64,000 nucleotides of DNA from Pseudomonas aeruginosa PAO1 (GTDB lineage Bacteria; Pseudomonadota; Gammaproteobacteria; Pseudomonadales; Pseudomonadaceae): assembly GCF_000006765.1 (NCBI RefSeq), contig NC_002516.2. The stretch is one strand, 5' to 3'. Positions 10,797 to 22,103 of the stretch are shown here, piece after piece. The notes beneath the pieces were generated by a model. It was not told the origin of the DNA, made no database searches, and saw nothing but the letters and a program-made list of their open reading frames with translations. Both the position numbers and the translations under genes were made by a program. Positions within the stretch are counted from its first letter, which is position 1. Each line of letters starts with the position of its first letter.

Positions 10797-11891
10797 TCAG
10801 GGCCGGTGCGGACGCGTCAGGTATTCGTGGGACTGCATTTCCAGCAGACGACTGAGGGTGCGCTGGAATTCGAACTCCAGCCGGCCGCCGCTGTAGAGAT
10901 CCTTTAGCTCGACCTCGGCGGAGATGATCAGCTTGACGCTGCGGTCGTAGAACTCATCCACCAGGTTGATGAAACGCCGCGCCATGTCGTCCTTGGTGAC
11001 GCCCATCTGCTCGACGTTGGAGATCAGCACGGCGTGGAAAATCTTCGCCAGTTCGATGTAGTCGTTCTGGCTGCGCGGGCCGTCGCACAGCTCACGGAAT
11101 TCGAACCAGGCCACGTCGTCGCAGGTCAGGCGCGCGCGGATCTCGCGGTTCTCGATCATCAGCGCCTCGTCGCGCTGGGCCTTGGCACAGTCCGGGGTCA
11201 GGGCCTTGAAGCTGCGCGCCATCTCCTCCTCGACCTGTTCGCTGAGCGGCCAGTGGAACAGCTCGGCCTGCTCCAGCGCGCGCAGGCGATAGTCGACGCC
11301 GCTATCGACGTTGACGATCTCGGTATGTTCCTTGAGCAGGGCGATCGCCGGCAGGAAACGGGCGCGTTGCAGGCCGTCCTTGTACAGGCCGTCCGGCACG
11401 ATGTTGGAGGTCGCCACCAGGCTCACGCCGTTCTTGAACAGCTCTTCCAGCAGGGTGGCGAGGATCATCGCGTCGGTGATGTCGGAGACGAAGAACTCGT
11501 CGAAGCAGATCACCCGCGCCTCGTCGGCGAAGCGCTTGCCGATGATGGTCAGCGGGTTCTTCTCGCCCTTGAGGGTCTTCAGTTCTTCGTGCACCCGCTT
11601 CATGAAGCGGTGGAAGTGCGTGCGCACCTTCTGCTCGAACGGCAGCGACTCGAAGAAAGTGTCCACCAGGTAGGTCTTGCCACGGCCGACGCCGCCCCAG
11701 AAATACAGGCCCTTCACCGGCCCGCCGGACTTCCTGCCGAGCAGCTTGCCGAACAGGCCGGGCTTGGCGTGGTCGGCGGCGACCAGGTCATCGTAGAGGC
11801 GTTGCAGATGCTTCACGGCATTCGCCTGTGCGGCATCGTGGAAGAAATCGGGGCGTTGGAGATCGGCCTGGTAGCGCTCGAGGGGCGTCAT
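10797..11891 (-). CDS. zapE: Cell division ATPase ZapE (AFG1 family); start at MTPLERY
   Basis: GLYFWGGVGRGKT Walker A, CFDEFFVSDITDAMIL, ARRFINLVDEFYD. Confidence 0.93.
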   Translation of the reverse strand: MTPLERYQADLQRPDFFHDAAQANAVKHLQRLYDDLVAADHAKPGLFGKLLGRKSGGPVKGLYFWGGVGRGKTYLVDTFFESLPFEQKVRTHFHRFMKRVHEELKTLKGEKNPLTIIGKRFADEARVICFDEFFVSDITDAMILATLLEELFKNGVSLVATSNIVPDGLYKDGLQRARFLPAIALLKEHTEIVNVDSGVDYRLRALEQAELFHWPLSEQVEEEMARSFKALTPDCAKAQRDEALMIENREIRARLTCDDVAWFEFRELCDGPRSQNDYIELAKIFHAVLISNVEQMGVTKDDMARRFINLVDEFYDRSVKLIISAEVELKDLYSGGRLEFEFQRTLSRLLEMQSHEYLTRPHRP

Positions 11892-11910
11892 GATCGGTAG
11901 CAATGCAACG

Positions 11911-11943
11911 AAAACGGGGCCGTCACTTTAGCGACGACCCCGT
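11911..11943 (-). terminator. Intrinsic terminator candidate after trpS
   Basis: ACGGGGTCGTC...GACGGCCCCGT followed by TTT on the minus strand. Confidence 0.6.
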
Positions 11944-11985
11944 CTCTTGGCAATCGGCCATCCGTCGAGGATGTACCGGGGCTGC

Positions 11986-13332
11986 CTACTCCTGCGGTGC
12001 CAGCGCTTCGCGGGTGCGCTCGATGGCGGCGTCACGGGCGGCGGCGTCGGCGAAGGCCGGGCTCTGCGCCACCGCCTCGCCATCCAGCCACAGGCCAAAG
12101 GCATTGCCCTCGGCCCGCAGGTCGGCAGTCTCGCCAGCCAGCAGGCGCTTGCTCACCGCACCGGCGGCCTTGCCGTCGGCGAAGGCGCGGGACAGCAGTA
12201 GCTGTTCGCCGGCGGCGTCCAGCAGGCGGAAGCGGAAGCTGCCGTCGTCGTCGCGGAAGCTGACCAGGCGCGCAGCCTTGGCGGCCTTCTTCTTGCCGCT
12301 CTCGGCACTTTTCAGCGGCTCGCGCAGGGAGCGCAGGCCGACTGCCTCGCGCAACTCGGCGATGAATGGGGTGGCGATGCGGCGCGCCTTGGCGGCACCT
12401 GCGAGGAGAATGTCCTCGATATCGTCCGGCTTGGCGATCAGCGCCTGGTAACGCTCGCGAGCCTCGCCCAGTTCGTTGTCGAGCAACTGGAACAGGCGCT
12501 GCTTGGCTTCGCCCCAGGCCAGGCCTTCGAGCAGTTCCTGGCGGAACGCGGCGACCTGTTCGGCGCTGGCGAAGGCCGAGTAAAGAAGGAACAGGTGCGA
12601 ACTGTCCGGGTCTTTCGGCTCGCCCGGCGCGCGCGAGTCGGTGACGATGCGTGCGATGGCGTCCTTGAGCTGCCTGGACGGGCTGAACAGCGGGATGGTG
12701 TTGTCGTAGCTCTTGGACATCTTGCGCCCGTCCAGGCCCGGCAGGGTGGCGACGTTTTCCTCGATCACCGCTTCGGGCAGGACGAAGAACTCGCGGCCGT
12801 TGCCGAACAGGTGGTTGAAACGCTGGCCGATGTCGCGGGCCATCTCCACGTGCTGCACCTGGTCGCGGCCGACCGGAATCTTGTGCGCGTTGAACATCAG
12901 GATGTCCGCGGCCATCAGCACCGGATAGCTGTAGAGGCCCATGGTCACGCCGGCGTCCGGGTCTTCGCCGGCCTCGACATTGCGGTCCACCGCGGCCTTG
13001 TAGGCATGCGCGCGGTTGAGCAGGCCCTTGGCACTGACGCAGGTGAGCAACCAGGTCAGCTCGGGAATCTCGGGGATGTCCGACTGCCGGTAGAAGGTCG
13101 CACGCTCGACGTCCAGGCCGCCGGCCAGCCAGGTCGCGGCGATTTCCAGGCGCGAGCGCTGGATACGAGCGGGATCGTCGCACTTGATCAAGGCGTGGTA
13201 GTCCGCCAGGAAGTAGAACGAATCCACGTCGCTCCGACGGCTGGCGAGGATCGCCGGGCGGATGGCGCCGGCGTAGTTGCCCAGGTGCGGAGTGCCGGTA
13301 GGAGTGATGCCGGTCAGGATACGAGTAGTCAT
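11986..13332 (-). CDS. trpS: Tryptophanyl-tRNA synthetase with a C-terminal extension; start at MTTRIL
   Basis: TPHLGN (HIGH-like) and KMSKS motifs, [14 protein letters not shown]-like IPVGRDQ. Confidence 0.96.
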   Translation of the reverse strand: MTTRILTGITPTGTPHLGNYAGAIRPAILASRRSDVDSFYFLADYHALIKCDDPARIQRSRLEIAATWLAGGLDVERATFYRQSDIPEIPELTWLLTCVSAKGLLNRAHAYKAAVDRNVEAGEDPDAGVTMGLYSYPVLMAADILMFNAHKIPVGRDQVQHVEMARDIGQRFNHLFGNGREFFVLPEAVIEENVATLPGLDGRKMSKSYDNTIPLFSPSRQLKDAIARIVTDSRAPGEPKDPDSSHLFLLYSAFASAEQVAAFRQELLEGLAWGEAKQRLFQLLDNELGEARERYQALIAKPDDIEDILLAGAAKARRIATPFIAELREAVGLRSLREPLKSAESGKKKAAKAARLVSFRDDDGSFRFRLLDAAGEQLLLSRAFADGKAAGAVSKRLLAGETADLRAEGNAFGLWLDGEAVAQSPAFADAAARDAAIERTREALAPQE

Positions 13333-13373
13333 GCGATACCAGATGTCAGGCAAAGAAAAGAATGGCGCGCCGG

Positions 13374-13403
13374 ATGGTAGCAGGGCCGGCGCGACGACGT
13401 CAG
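13374..13403 (-). promoter_or_regulatory. Internal promoter candidate for trpS
   Basis: CTGACG, 18 bp, extended -10 TGcTACCAT, GC-rich discriminator CCGGCGCGCC. Confidence 0.4.
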
Positions 13404-14029
13404 TCCTGCAGGCGTGGCAGCAACAGGTCCTTCAGATCGATCAGCTTGCCATGGAAGAAATGTCCGCTTTCTGCCACCCGCAACAGCTCGTGCGGTCGTG
13501 CCAGGGACTCGCTCCAGGCATATACCGCGGCCGGCGTGACCACGTCGTCGTCCTCCGGCTGCACCACGGTCAGCGGGCAACGCGCAGGCAGGCTGACCGC
13601 GAAGCGTTCCACCGGCGGCGCGATCATGAACAGCCGCGCCAGCCCCACGCCCTGCGCTTCCAGGCGCCCCGCCAGATTGCCGGCGACGCAGGAGCCGAAG
13701 GAAAAGCCCATCAGTGTCAGCGGCAACCCCGGATGGCGTGCCAGCAACCAGCGCGCGGCGGCCTCGGCGTCGTCGATCTCGCCGATCCCCTCGCCATAGC
13801 TGCCAGCGCTCTGGCCAACGCCACGGAAGTTGAAACGCAGGGTCGCCAGGCCGGCATCGCGGGCGCTGCGTTGCAGAGTGGCGACCACCTTGTTCTGCAT
13901 GGTGCCGGCGAACAGCGGGTGCGGATGGCAGACCAGGGCGACGCCGCGGGCATCGGGCAGATCGAGGTGCAGGGCTTCCAGCGGCCCGCAGGGGCCATCG
14001 ATGGATACAGGGATTTCGCGGGTAGACAA
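13400..14029 (-). CDS. Alpha/beta hydrolase (PA4440-like), TTG start
   Basis: [33 protein letters not shown] nucleophile elbow, GHFFHG. Confidence 0.9.
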   Translation of the reverse strand: MSTREIPVSIDGPCGPLEALHLDLPDARGVALVCHPHPLFAGTMQNKVVATLQRSARDAGLATLRFNFRGVGQSAGSYGEGIGEIDDAEAAARWLLARHPGLPLTLMGFSFGSCVAGNLAGRLEAQGVGLARLFMIAPPVERFAVSLPARCPLTVVQPEDDDVVTPAAVYAWSESLARPHELLRVAESGHFFHGKLIDLKDLLLPRLQD

Positions 14030-14173
14030 ACAGGAACTCCGTGACCCCGGCTCGGGTCGACTCGTCTAGCAGATTACTCCAAGCGACACAGGCACTTACT
14101 CGCGTGCCGTGGTATACAGCTCGGACTCAAGCCGTTAACGTAAAGCAAAGCCGTCTATAGAGGAAGGATTCGC

Positions 14174-14620
14174 GTGGAACAGTCGCTCACCGCCTGGCTG
14201 CTGCCGGCCCTCGCCCTGGTCGCCGGGGTCGCCATCGGTTTTCTGATCGCCCGCCTGCTGCCCAACGCCGCGCCGAACAAGGTGCAACGCCAGATGGACG
14301 ACCTGCAGGACCGCTTCGACAGCTATCAGCGCGAAGTCGTGACCCATTTCAACACCACCGCCAGCCTCGTGAAGAAGCTGACCCAGAGCTACCAGGACGT
14401 GCAGGAGCACCTCTCCGACGGCGCCCAGCGCCTGGCCCTGGACGAACAGACCCGCCAGCGCCTGCTGGCTGCGCTGCATGCCGACGAGGCCTATCCGGCC
14501 GAGCGCCGCGAGCGCCTGACTCCGCCGGCCTCCGGCGAAGTGCCGAAGGACTATGCGCCGAAAAGCCCGGACAGCCCCGGCACCCTCGACGCCACCTACG
14601 GCCTGAAAGGCAAGTACTGA
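14174..14620 (+). CDS. yhcB: YhcB/ZapG-family inner membrane protein, GTG start
   Basis: Single N-terminal TM then coiled coil YQREVVTHFNTTASLVKKLTQSYQDVQEHL, PKDYAP motif. Confidence 0.85.
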   Translation: MEQSLTAWLLPALALVAGVAIGFLIARLLPNAAPNKVQRQMDDLQDRFDSYQREVVTHFNTTASLVKKLTQSYQDVQEHLSDGAQRLALDEQTRQRLLAALHADEAYPAERRERLTPPASGEVPKDYAPKSPDSPGTLDATYGLKGKY

Positions 14621-14644
14621 CGCGCTGCGCGAACCTGCCGACGC

Positions 14645-14682
14645 CCATGAAAAAGCCCCGCATCCGCGGGGCTTTTTCATGG
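14645..14682. terminator. Bidirectional terminator between yhcB and cysN
   Basis: CCATGAAAAAGCCCCGC-atcc-GCGGGGCTTTTTCATGG, perfect 17-bp stem. Confidence 0.9.
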
Positions 14683-14693
14683 CTGCGAGACGA

Positions 14694-16595
14694 TCAGATC
14701 GCCTGGCGCTCGCGCAACAGGTCGAGCACCTGCTTCACGCCGTCCTCGACGCTCAGCGCCTGGGTATCGATCACCAGGTCGGCATCCAGCGGCACGTCGT
14801 AGGGGAAGGACTCGCCGGGGATATTGTCCTCGCCCGCCGCATACAGCCCCTGGGGATCGCGTTCGCGGCAGACCTGCGGCGACGCCTGCACATAGACGGT
14901 GATCAGGCGCTCGGCGCCGATCAGCGCCCTGGCCTGCTCGCGCCCTTCCGCGCTCGGCGCGACGAAGGCGCAGAGGCTGATCAACCCGGCCTCGTTGAAC
15001 TGCTTGGCGACATGGGCGGTGCGCAGCCAGTTCTCGGTGCGTCCGGCGCGGTCCTGCGGCAACCCCTTGTTCAGGTCGTGGCGCAGGTTCTGCCCGTCCA
15101 GCACGTAGACCGCGCGGCCCATATCGAACAGCTTGCGCTCCACGGCGTAGGCCAGGGTGCTCTTGCCGGCGCCGGAGAGGCCGCTGAACAGTACGGTCGC
15201 CGGCTGCTGGCCGAAGCGGCCGGCACGCTCCTCGCGCGTCACATGGGCATTCGAACCGTGATGCGCGCTGCTGCCATGGGCCGCCGGCGGAGCGGAGACG
15301 ATCATGCCGGCGCCAACGGTGCCGTTGGTCAGGCGATCGATGACGATGAAGGCGCCGGTGGTGCGGTTCTGCTCATAGCCATCGAGCGCGATGGGCGCGT
15401 CCAGGCTGACCTTGACCCTGGCGATCTCGTTCAGCTTCAGCTCGCTGCCCGGGGTCCGCTCCAGGGTGTTCACGTCCACCTTGTGGACGATGCTCGGAAT
15501 CGAACCCGGCACATAGCTGGTAGCGCGCTTGATATCGTACTTCTTGCCCGGAAGCATCGGCTCCTCGGCCATCCACACCAGCATGGCATCGAAGCCGTCG
15601 GTGACCAGCGGGCGATTGTCGGCATGCACCAGCATGTCGCCGCGGGAAACGTCGATCTCGTCTTCCAGGGTCAGGGTGACGGCCTGGCCGGGACCGGCCT
15701 GCTCCAGTTCGCCCTCGAAGGTGACGATGGATTTCACCTTGCTCCCCTTGCCCGACGGCAATGCCACCACCTCGTCGCCCTTGCGCACCACGCCGCTGGC
15801 CAGGGTGCCGGCGAAACCGCGGAAGTTCAGGTTCGGCCGGTTCACGTACTGCACCGGGAAGCGCATGTCATCGAGGTTGCGGTCGGCGGCGATCTCGACG
15901 GTTTCGAGGATTTCCATCAGCGACTGGCCGGCGTACCAGGGCGAACGCTCGGACTTGTTGACCACGTTGTCGCCCTTGAGCGCCGACATCGGCACGAAGT
16001 GCAGCGAACTGGTCTTCAGACCGATCTTCTCGGCAAAGGCCAGGTAGTCGGCCTTGATCTGTTCGAAGACACCCTGGTCGAAGTCCTTCAGGTCCATCTT
16101 GTTGATGGCGACCACGATATGCCGGATACCCAGCAGGGACGCGATGAAACTGTGCCGGCGGGTCTGGGTCTGCACGCCGTAGCGGGCATCGATCAGGATG
16201 ATCGCCAGGTCGCAGGTCGAGGCACCGGTAGCCATGTTGCGGGTGTACTGCTCATGGCCGGGCGTGTCGGCGATGATGAACTTGCGCTTGGCGGTGCTGA
16301 AGTAGCGGTACGCCACGTCGATGGTGATGCCCTGCTCGCGCTCGGCCTGCAGGCCATCGACCAGCAGCGCCAGGTCGACGTCGTCGCCCGTGGTGCCGAC
16401 TTTCTTCGAGTCGCGGGTGATGGCCTCGAGGTGATCCTCGTAGATCATCTTGGAGTCGTGCAGCAGGCGCCCGATCAGGGTGCTCTTGCCGTCATCGACG
16501 TTGCCGCAGGTAAGGAAGCGCAGCAGTTCCTTGCGTTCGTGCTGCCCCAGGTAGGCGAGGATGTCCTCGCTGATCAGATCGGATTGATGAGACAT
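14694..16595 (-). CDS. cysN: ATP sulfurylase GTPase subunit fused to an APS-kinase-like domain (CysN/CysNC)
   Basis: [32 protein letters not shown]; C-terminal [10 protein letters not shown]-loop. Confidence 0.95.
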   Translation of the reverse strand: MSHQSDLISEDILAYLGQHERKELLRFLTCGNVDDGKSTLIGRLLHDSKMIYEDHLEAITRDSKKVGTTGDDVDLALLVDGLQAEREQGITIDVAYRYFSTAKRKFIIADTPGHEQYTRNMATGASTCDLAIILIDARYGVQTQTRRHSFIASLLGIRHIVVAINKMDLKDFDQGVFEQIKADYLAFAEKIGLKTSSLHFVPMSALKGDNVVNKSERSPWYAGQSLMEILETVEIAADRNLDDMRFPVQYVNRPNLNFRGFAGTLASGVVRKGDEVVALPSGKGSKVKSIVTFEGELEQAGPGQAVTLTLEDEIDVSRGDMLVHADNRPLVTDGFDAMLVWMAEEPMLPGKKYDIKRATSYVPGSIPSIVHKVDVNTLERTPGSELKLNEIARVKVSLDAPIALDGYEQNRTTGAFIVIDRLTNGTVGAGMIVSAPPAAHGSSAHHGSNAHVTREERAGRFGQQPATVLFSGLSGAGKSTLAYAVERKLFDMGRAVYVLDGQNLRHDLNKGLPQDRAGRTENWLRTAHVAKQFNEAGLISLCAFVAPSAEGREQARALIGAERLITVYVQASPQVCRERDPQGLYAAGEDNIPGESFPYDVPLDADLVIDTQALSVEDGVKQVLDLLRERQAI

Positions 16596-16606
16596 GCTGC
16601 GTACCC

Positions 16607-17524
16607 TCAGAAATAGCCCTGACGTTTCTTTTCTTCCATCGAACCGGCCTGGTCATGGTCGATGACCCGGCCCTGGCGTTCGGAAGTACGCGTCAGGAGC
16701 ATTTCCTGGATGATTTCCGGCAGCGTGGTGGCGCTGGACTCGACCGCGCCGGTGAGCGGGTAGCAGCCGAGGGTACGGAAGCGCACCATGCGCTTCTCGA
16801 TGCGGGCTTTCTCTTCGTCAGAGAGATGCTCGAGGATGCGCTCGTCGTCGATCATGATCAATGTGCCATTCTTCTCGATGACCTCGCGCTCGGCGGCGAA
16901 GTACAGCGGGACGATCGGGATGCCTTCCAGGTAGATGTATTGCCAGATGTCCAGCTCGGTCCAGTTGGACAGCGGGAAGACGCGGATCGACTCGCCCTTC
17001 TTCACCTTGCCGTTGTAGATGTTCCACAGCTCGGGACGCTGGTTCTTCGGGTCCCAGCGGTGCTTGCTGTCGCGGAACGAATAGACCCGTTCCTTGGCCC
17101 GCGACTTCTCCTCGTCGCGGCGCGCACCGCCGAAGGCAGCGTCGAAACCGTACTTGTCCAGGGCCTGCTTGAGTCCCTCGGTCTTCATCACGTCGGTGTG
17201 CTTGGCGCTGCCGTGGGTGAACGGGTTGATGCCCTGGGCGACGCCGTCCGGGTTGACGTGGGTGATCAGATCCAGGCCCATTTCCTCGACCATCCGATCA
17301 CGGAACCTGTACATCTCCTGGAATTTCCAGCGGGTGTCCACGTGCATCACCGGGAAGGGCAGCTTGCCGGGGAAGAAGGCCTTGCGGGCCAGGTGCAGCA
17401 TGACCGCGGAATCCTTGCCGATCGAGTACAGCATCACCGGGTTATCGAACTCGGCGGCCACCTCGCGGATGATGTGGATGCTTTCCGCCTCCAGCTGTTT
17501 CAGGTGCGTCAGTTTGTCGACCAT
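16607..17524 (-). CDS. cysD: Sulfate adenylyltransferase subunit 2
   Basis: [10 protein letters not shown]-loop, [29 protein letters not shown]. Confidence 0.97.
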
Positions 17525-17576
17525 GGCTACTCACGGAATTGCTTATGGACGGCCGTCGGGCCGTAGACGAACGCGC

Positions 17577-17645
17577 ACTCTATCACAGCGCAAGGCTCTA
17601 AAAGATTCGCCATTTATACCGAAAAAATATACCCATATAGCCATC
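17577..17645 (-). promoter_or_regulatory. cysDN promoter candidate with an AT-rich upstream tract (possible CysB/LysR site)
   Basis: Extended -10 TGaTAGAGT (17577-17585), poor -35, AT-rich block 17600-17645. The CysB assignment is inference. Confidence 0.35.
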
Positions 17646-17806
17646 AGCGCTCAGCCTCGCAGCCGGCGAAAACACTGGCGTCGAGAGGTTTTCCAGGGGC
17701 GTTTCGCAGACCGGGCGGACAAAGCTGAGACGGCATCGTCCCGGACCGGACAAAGCCGTCGCCGCGACAGCGATCAGACAGTCCGCCCCCCTTTCGGCGG
17801 CTCGAC

Positions 17807-17834
17807 TTGTACGCCAGCGGCACTGCGCTAGCAT
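17807..17834 (+). promoter_or_regulatory. Sigma70 promoter candidate for mltB1
   Basis: TTGTAC, 16 bp, TAGCAT. Confidence 0.4.
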
Positions 17835-17868
17835 AGCGGGCATCGTCATTCCGCCAAGAAGACCCCAG

Positions 17869-18972
17869 ATGCGCCGTACCGCCCTCGCCCTGCCCCTGTT
17901 CCTTCTGGTCTCAGCATGCAGCAGCGAACCGACGCCACCACCGAAACCCGCCGCCAAACCCCAGGCCCGCACCGTCATTTCACCCCGCCCCGTACGCCAG
18001 TCGGTGCAACCGATACTGCCGCTGCGCGGCGATTACGCGAACAATCCGGCGGCACAGCACTTCATCGACAGGATGGTCAGCCAGCACGGCTTCAACCGCC
18101 AGCAACTGCACGATCTGTTCGCCCAGACCCAGCGCCTGGACTGGGTGATCCGCCTGATGGACCGGCAAGCCCCGACCTATACCCCACCCAGCGGACCGAA
18201 CGGCGCCTGGCTGCGCTACCGGAAGAAGTTCGTCACGCCAGGCAACGTACAGAACGGCGTGCTGTTCTGGGACCAATACGAAACCGACCTGCAACGGGCA
18301 TCGCGCGTCTACGGCGTGCCGCCGGAGATCATCGTCGGCATCATCGGCGTGGAAACCCGCTGGGGGCGTGTGATGGGCAAGACGCGGATCATCGATGCGC
18401 TGTCCACCCTGTCCTTCTCCTACCCTCGCCGCGCGGAATTCTTCAGCGGCGAACTGGAGCAATTCCTCCTCCAGGCGCGCAAGGAAGGCACCGACCCGCT
18501 GGCCCTGCGCGGTTCCTATGCCGGCGCCATGGGCTACGGCCAGTTCATGCCGTCTTCATTCACCAAGTACGCGGTGGACTTCGATGGCGATGGGCATATC
18601 GACCTGTGGAATCCGCGTGACGCCATCGGCAGCGTCGCCAACTATTTCAAGCAGCACGGCTGGGTCAGCGGCGATCGCGTGGCGGTTCCCGCCAGTGGCC
18701 GGGCTCCCTCGCTGGAAGATGGCTTCAAGACGCTGTACCCGCTGGACGTGCTCGCTTCCGCCGGATTACGCCCGCAGGGTCCGCTCGGCGGCCACCGGCA
18801 AGCCAGCCTGCTGCGCCTGGACATGGGCAGGAACTACCAGTACTGGTACGGCCTGCCGAACTTCTACGTGATCACCCGCTATAACCACAGCACCCACTAC
18901 GCGATGGCCGTCTGGGAACTGGGCAAGGAAGTCGACCGGGTGCGTCACCGCTCCGTCGTCAGGCAGGATTAG
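17869..18972 (+). CDS. mltB: Membrane-bound lytic murein transglycosylase B (family 3)
   Basis: Lipobox VSAC, GIIGVETRWG catalytic Glu, GSYAGAMGYGQFMPSS, EF-hand DFDGDGHIDL, ITRYNHS. Confidence 0.93.
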   Translation: MRRTALALPLFLLVSACSSEPTPPPKPAAKPQARTVISPRPVRQSVQPILPLRGDYANNPAAQHFIDRMVSQHGFNRQQLHDLFAQTQRLDWVIRLMDRQAPTYTPPSGPNGAWLRYRKKFVTPGNVQNGVLFWDQYETDLQRASRVYGVPPEIIVGIIGVETRWGRVMGKTRIIDALSTLSFSYPRRAEFFSGELEQFLLQARKEGTDPLALRGSYAGAMGYGQFMPSSFTKYAVDFDGDGHIDLWNPRDAIGSVANYFKQHGWVSGDRVAVPASGRAPSLEDGFKTLYPLDVLASAGLRPQGPLGGHRQASLLRLDMGRNYQYWYGLPNFYVITRYNHSTHYAMAVWELGKEVDRVRHRSVVRQD

Positions 18973-19717
18973 GACAGTCGATGAACAAGTGCTCGATGGC
19001 GAAGCGCTTGCCCAGGTAGTCGCCCAGCGCCTGTACCCCGTAGCGCTCGGTGGCATGGTGTCCGGCGGCGATGAAGCTGATGCCGTTCTCCCGCGCGCTG
19101 TGCACGGTCTGCTCGGAAACCTCGCCGGTCAGGTAGGCATCGACGCCAGCGGCGATCGCCTGGTCGATATAGCCCTGGGCGCCGCCGGTGCACCAGGCGA
19201 TGCGCCGGATCGGCTGACCGGCATCGACCAGCAGCGGCTCACGCCCCAGCGCATCGCGCACATGCCGAGCGAAATCGGCAGGCTGCATCGGCTCGGCAAG
19301 CGAACCGAGGAGGACGATGGAACGCGGGTTGCCCGGCTCCAACGGCCCTTCCACTTCGAAGCCGAGCTGCCGGGCGAGCTGCACGTTGTTGCCCACCTCC
19401 GGATGCAGATCCAGCGGCAGGTGGTAAGCGAGCAGACTGATATCGTTGTTCAGCAGGGTCTTCAGGCGCCGTTGCTTCATGCCAACCACGCAGGGGTTCT
19501 CACCCTTCCAGAAGTAACCGTGATGCACCAGCACCACGTCGGCGTCGGCCTCCACGGCGGCATCCAGCAGCGCCTGGCTGGCAGTGACCCCGCTGACGAT
19601 CCGCCGCACCTGCGGCCGGCCTTCGACCTGCAGGCCGTTCGGGCAGTAGTCCTGGATGCGCGCGGCATCCAGATAACGGTCGGCCTCTTCGACCAGGGTG
19701 CTCAGGGCGATAGCCAT
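18959..19717 (-). CDS. Nif3-like dinuclear metal centre protein (YbgI family)
   Basis: DYCPNGLQVEG, VHHGYFW, YHLPLDLH, GHHATERYG. Confidence 0.92.
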   Translation of the reverse strand: MAIALSTLVEEADRYLDAARIQDYCPNGLQVEGRPQVRRIVSGVTASQALLDAAVEADADVVLVHHGYFWKGENPCVVGMKQRRLKTLLNNDISLLAYHLPLDLHPEVGNNVQLARQLGFEVEGPLEPGNPRSIVLLGSLAEPMQPADFARHVRDALGREPLLVDAGQPIRRIAWCTGGAQGYIDQAIAAGVDAYLTGEVSEQTVHSARENGISFIAAGHHATERYGVQALGDYLGKRFAIEHLFIDCPNPA

Positions 19718-19833
19718 GCAAATTCCTCTTCATTCAGGCAGGGCGCGCCGCTCCTCTAATGGACGGCTTCCCCCTATAATGGGCGCCACCTTATCGGCCG
19801 CTTTTCGGCCTCGCAACCCCAAGGATTTTCCCG

Positions 19834-21003
<1,170 letters not shown>

Positions 21004-21014
21004 TCCCCGTCATT

Positions 21015-21042
21015 GAAAACGGCGCCCTCGGGCGCCGTTTTC
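21015..21042. terminator. Bidirectional terminator between algW and hisC
   Basis: GAAAACGGCGCC-ctcg-GGCGCCGTTTTC, 12-bp stem. Confidence 0.85.
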
Positions 21043-21045
21043 GTA

Positions 21046-22101
21046 TCACTTGAGGAAGTGCAGGGCGTCCAGTAGCGCCTGGTTCTGCTCCGGACTGCCG
21101 ATGGTGATACGCAGGAACTGGTCGATCCGCGCCTGCTTGAAATGGCGGACGATCACTCCCTGCTCGCGCAGGGTCGAGGCAATCTGCCCGGCATCGTGCC
21201 GCGGATGACGGGCGAAGACGAAGTTGGCGGCCGACGGTAGTACCTCGAAGCCCAGCGCCTGCAAAGAGGCGCTCAACGCCTCGCGGCTATCGATCACTGC
21301 CTGGCAGGTCCGACGGAAATAGGCGTCGTCCTCGAAAGCCGCCGCCGCGCCGGCGATCGCCAGGCGATCCAGCGGGTAGGAATTGAAGCTGTTCTTGATC
21401 CGCTCCAGCGCCTCGACCAGATCGGCATGGCCGACCGCCAGGCCGACCCGCAGGCCGGCCAGGGAGCGCGACTTGGACAGCGTCTGGGTGACCAGCAGGT
21501 TCGGGTAGCGATCGACCAGGGCGATGGCGCTCTCGCCGCCGAAGTCGACATAGGCCTCGTCGACTACCACCACCGAATCCGGCGACGCCTTCAGCATCGC
21601 TTCGATGGCGTCCAGCGGCAGCAGGCAGCCGGTCGGCGCGTTCGGATTGGGGAAGATGATTCCGCCGTTGGGCCGCGCGTAGTCTTCGACGCGGATGCGG
21701 AACCTTTCATCCAGCGCGATCTTCTCGTGCGCGATCCCGTACAGGCCGCAATAGACCGGGTAGAAGCTGTAGGTCACGTCCGGAAACAGCAGCGGCAGGT
21801 CGTGTTGGAAGAGGCCATGGAAAATGTGCGCGAGCACCTCGTCGGAGCCGTTGCCGACGAACACCTGGTTGGCCTGTACGCCGTAGTGCGCGGCGACCGC
21901 CTGCTTCAACCGCTCGCCGTTGGGATCGGGATACAGGCGCAGGTCGTCGTTGAGTTCCGCCTGCATCGCGGCGAGCGCCTGTGGCGACGGACCGTAGGGA
22001 TTCTCGTTGGTGTTCAGCTTGACCAGCCGCGACAGCTTCGGCTGCTCGCCCGGCACATAAGGCACCAGGTCCTTGACGAAGGGACTCCAGAATTTGCTCA
22101 T
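21046..22101 (-). CDS. hisC: Histidinol-phosphate aminotransferase
   Basis: [38 protein letters not shown]. Confidence 0.95.
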   Translation of the reverse strand: MSKFWSPFVKDLVPYVPGEQPKLSRLVKLNTNENPYGPSPQALAAMQAELNDDLRLYPDPNGERLKQAVAAHYGVQANQVFVGNGSDEVLAHIFHGLFQHDLPLLFPDVTYSFYPVYCGLYGIAHEKIALDERFRIRVEDYARPNGGIIFPNPNAPTGCLLPLDAIEAMLKASPDSVVVVDEAYVDFGGESAIALVDRYPNLLVTQTLSKSRSLAGLRVGLAVGHADLVEALERIKNSFNSYPLDRLAIAGAAAAFEDDAYFRRTCQAVIDSREALSASLQALGFEVLPSAANFVFARHPRHDAGQIASTLREQGVIVRHFKQARIDQFLRITIGSPEQNQALLDALHFLK

Positions 22102-22103
22102 GC

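Noticed and set aside
14679-16616. 645-aa ORF antisense to cysN, and similar mirrors of petB, hisD, murA, gatA and gatB
   Set aside because: Each mirrors the boundaries of the real gene, as expected for codon-bias artefacts
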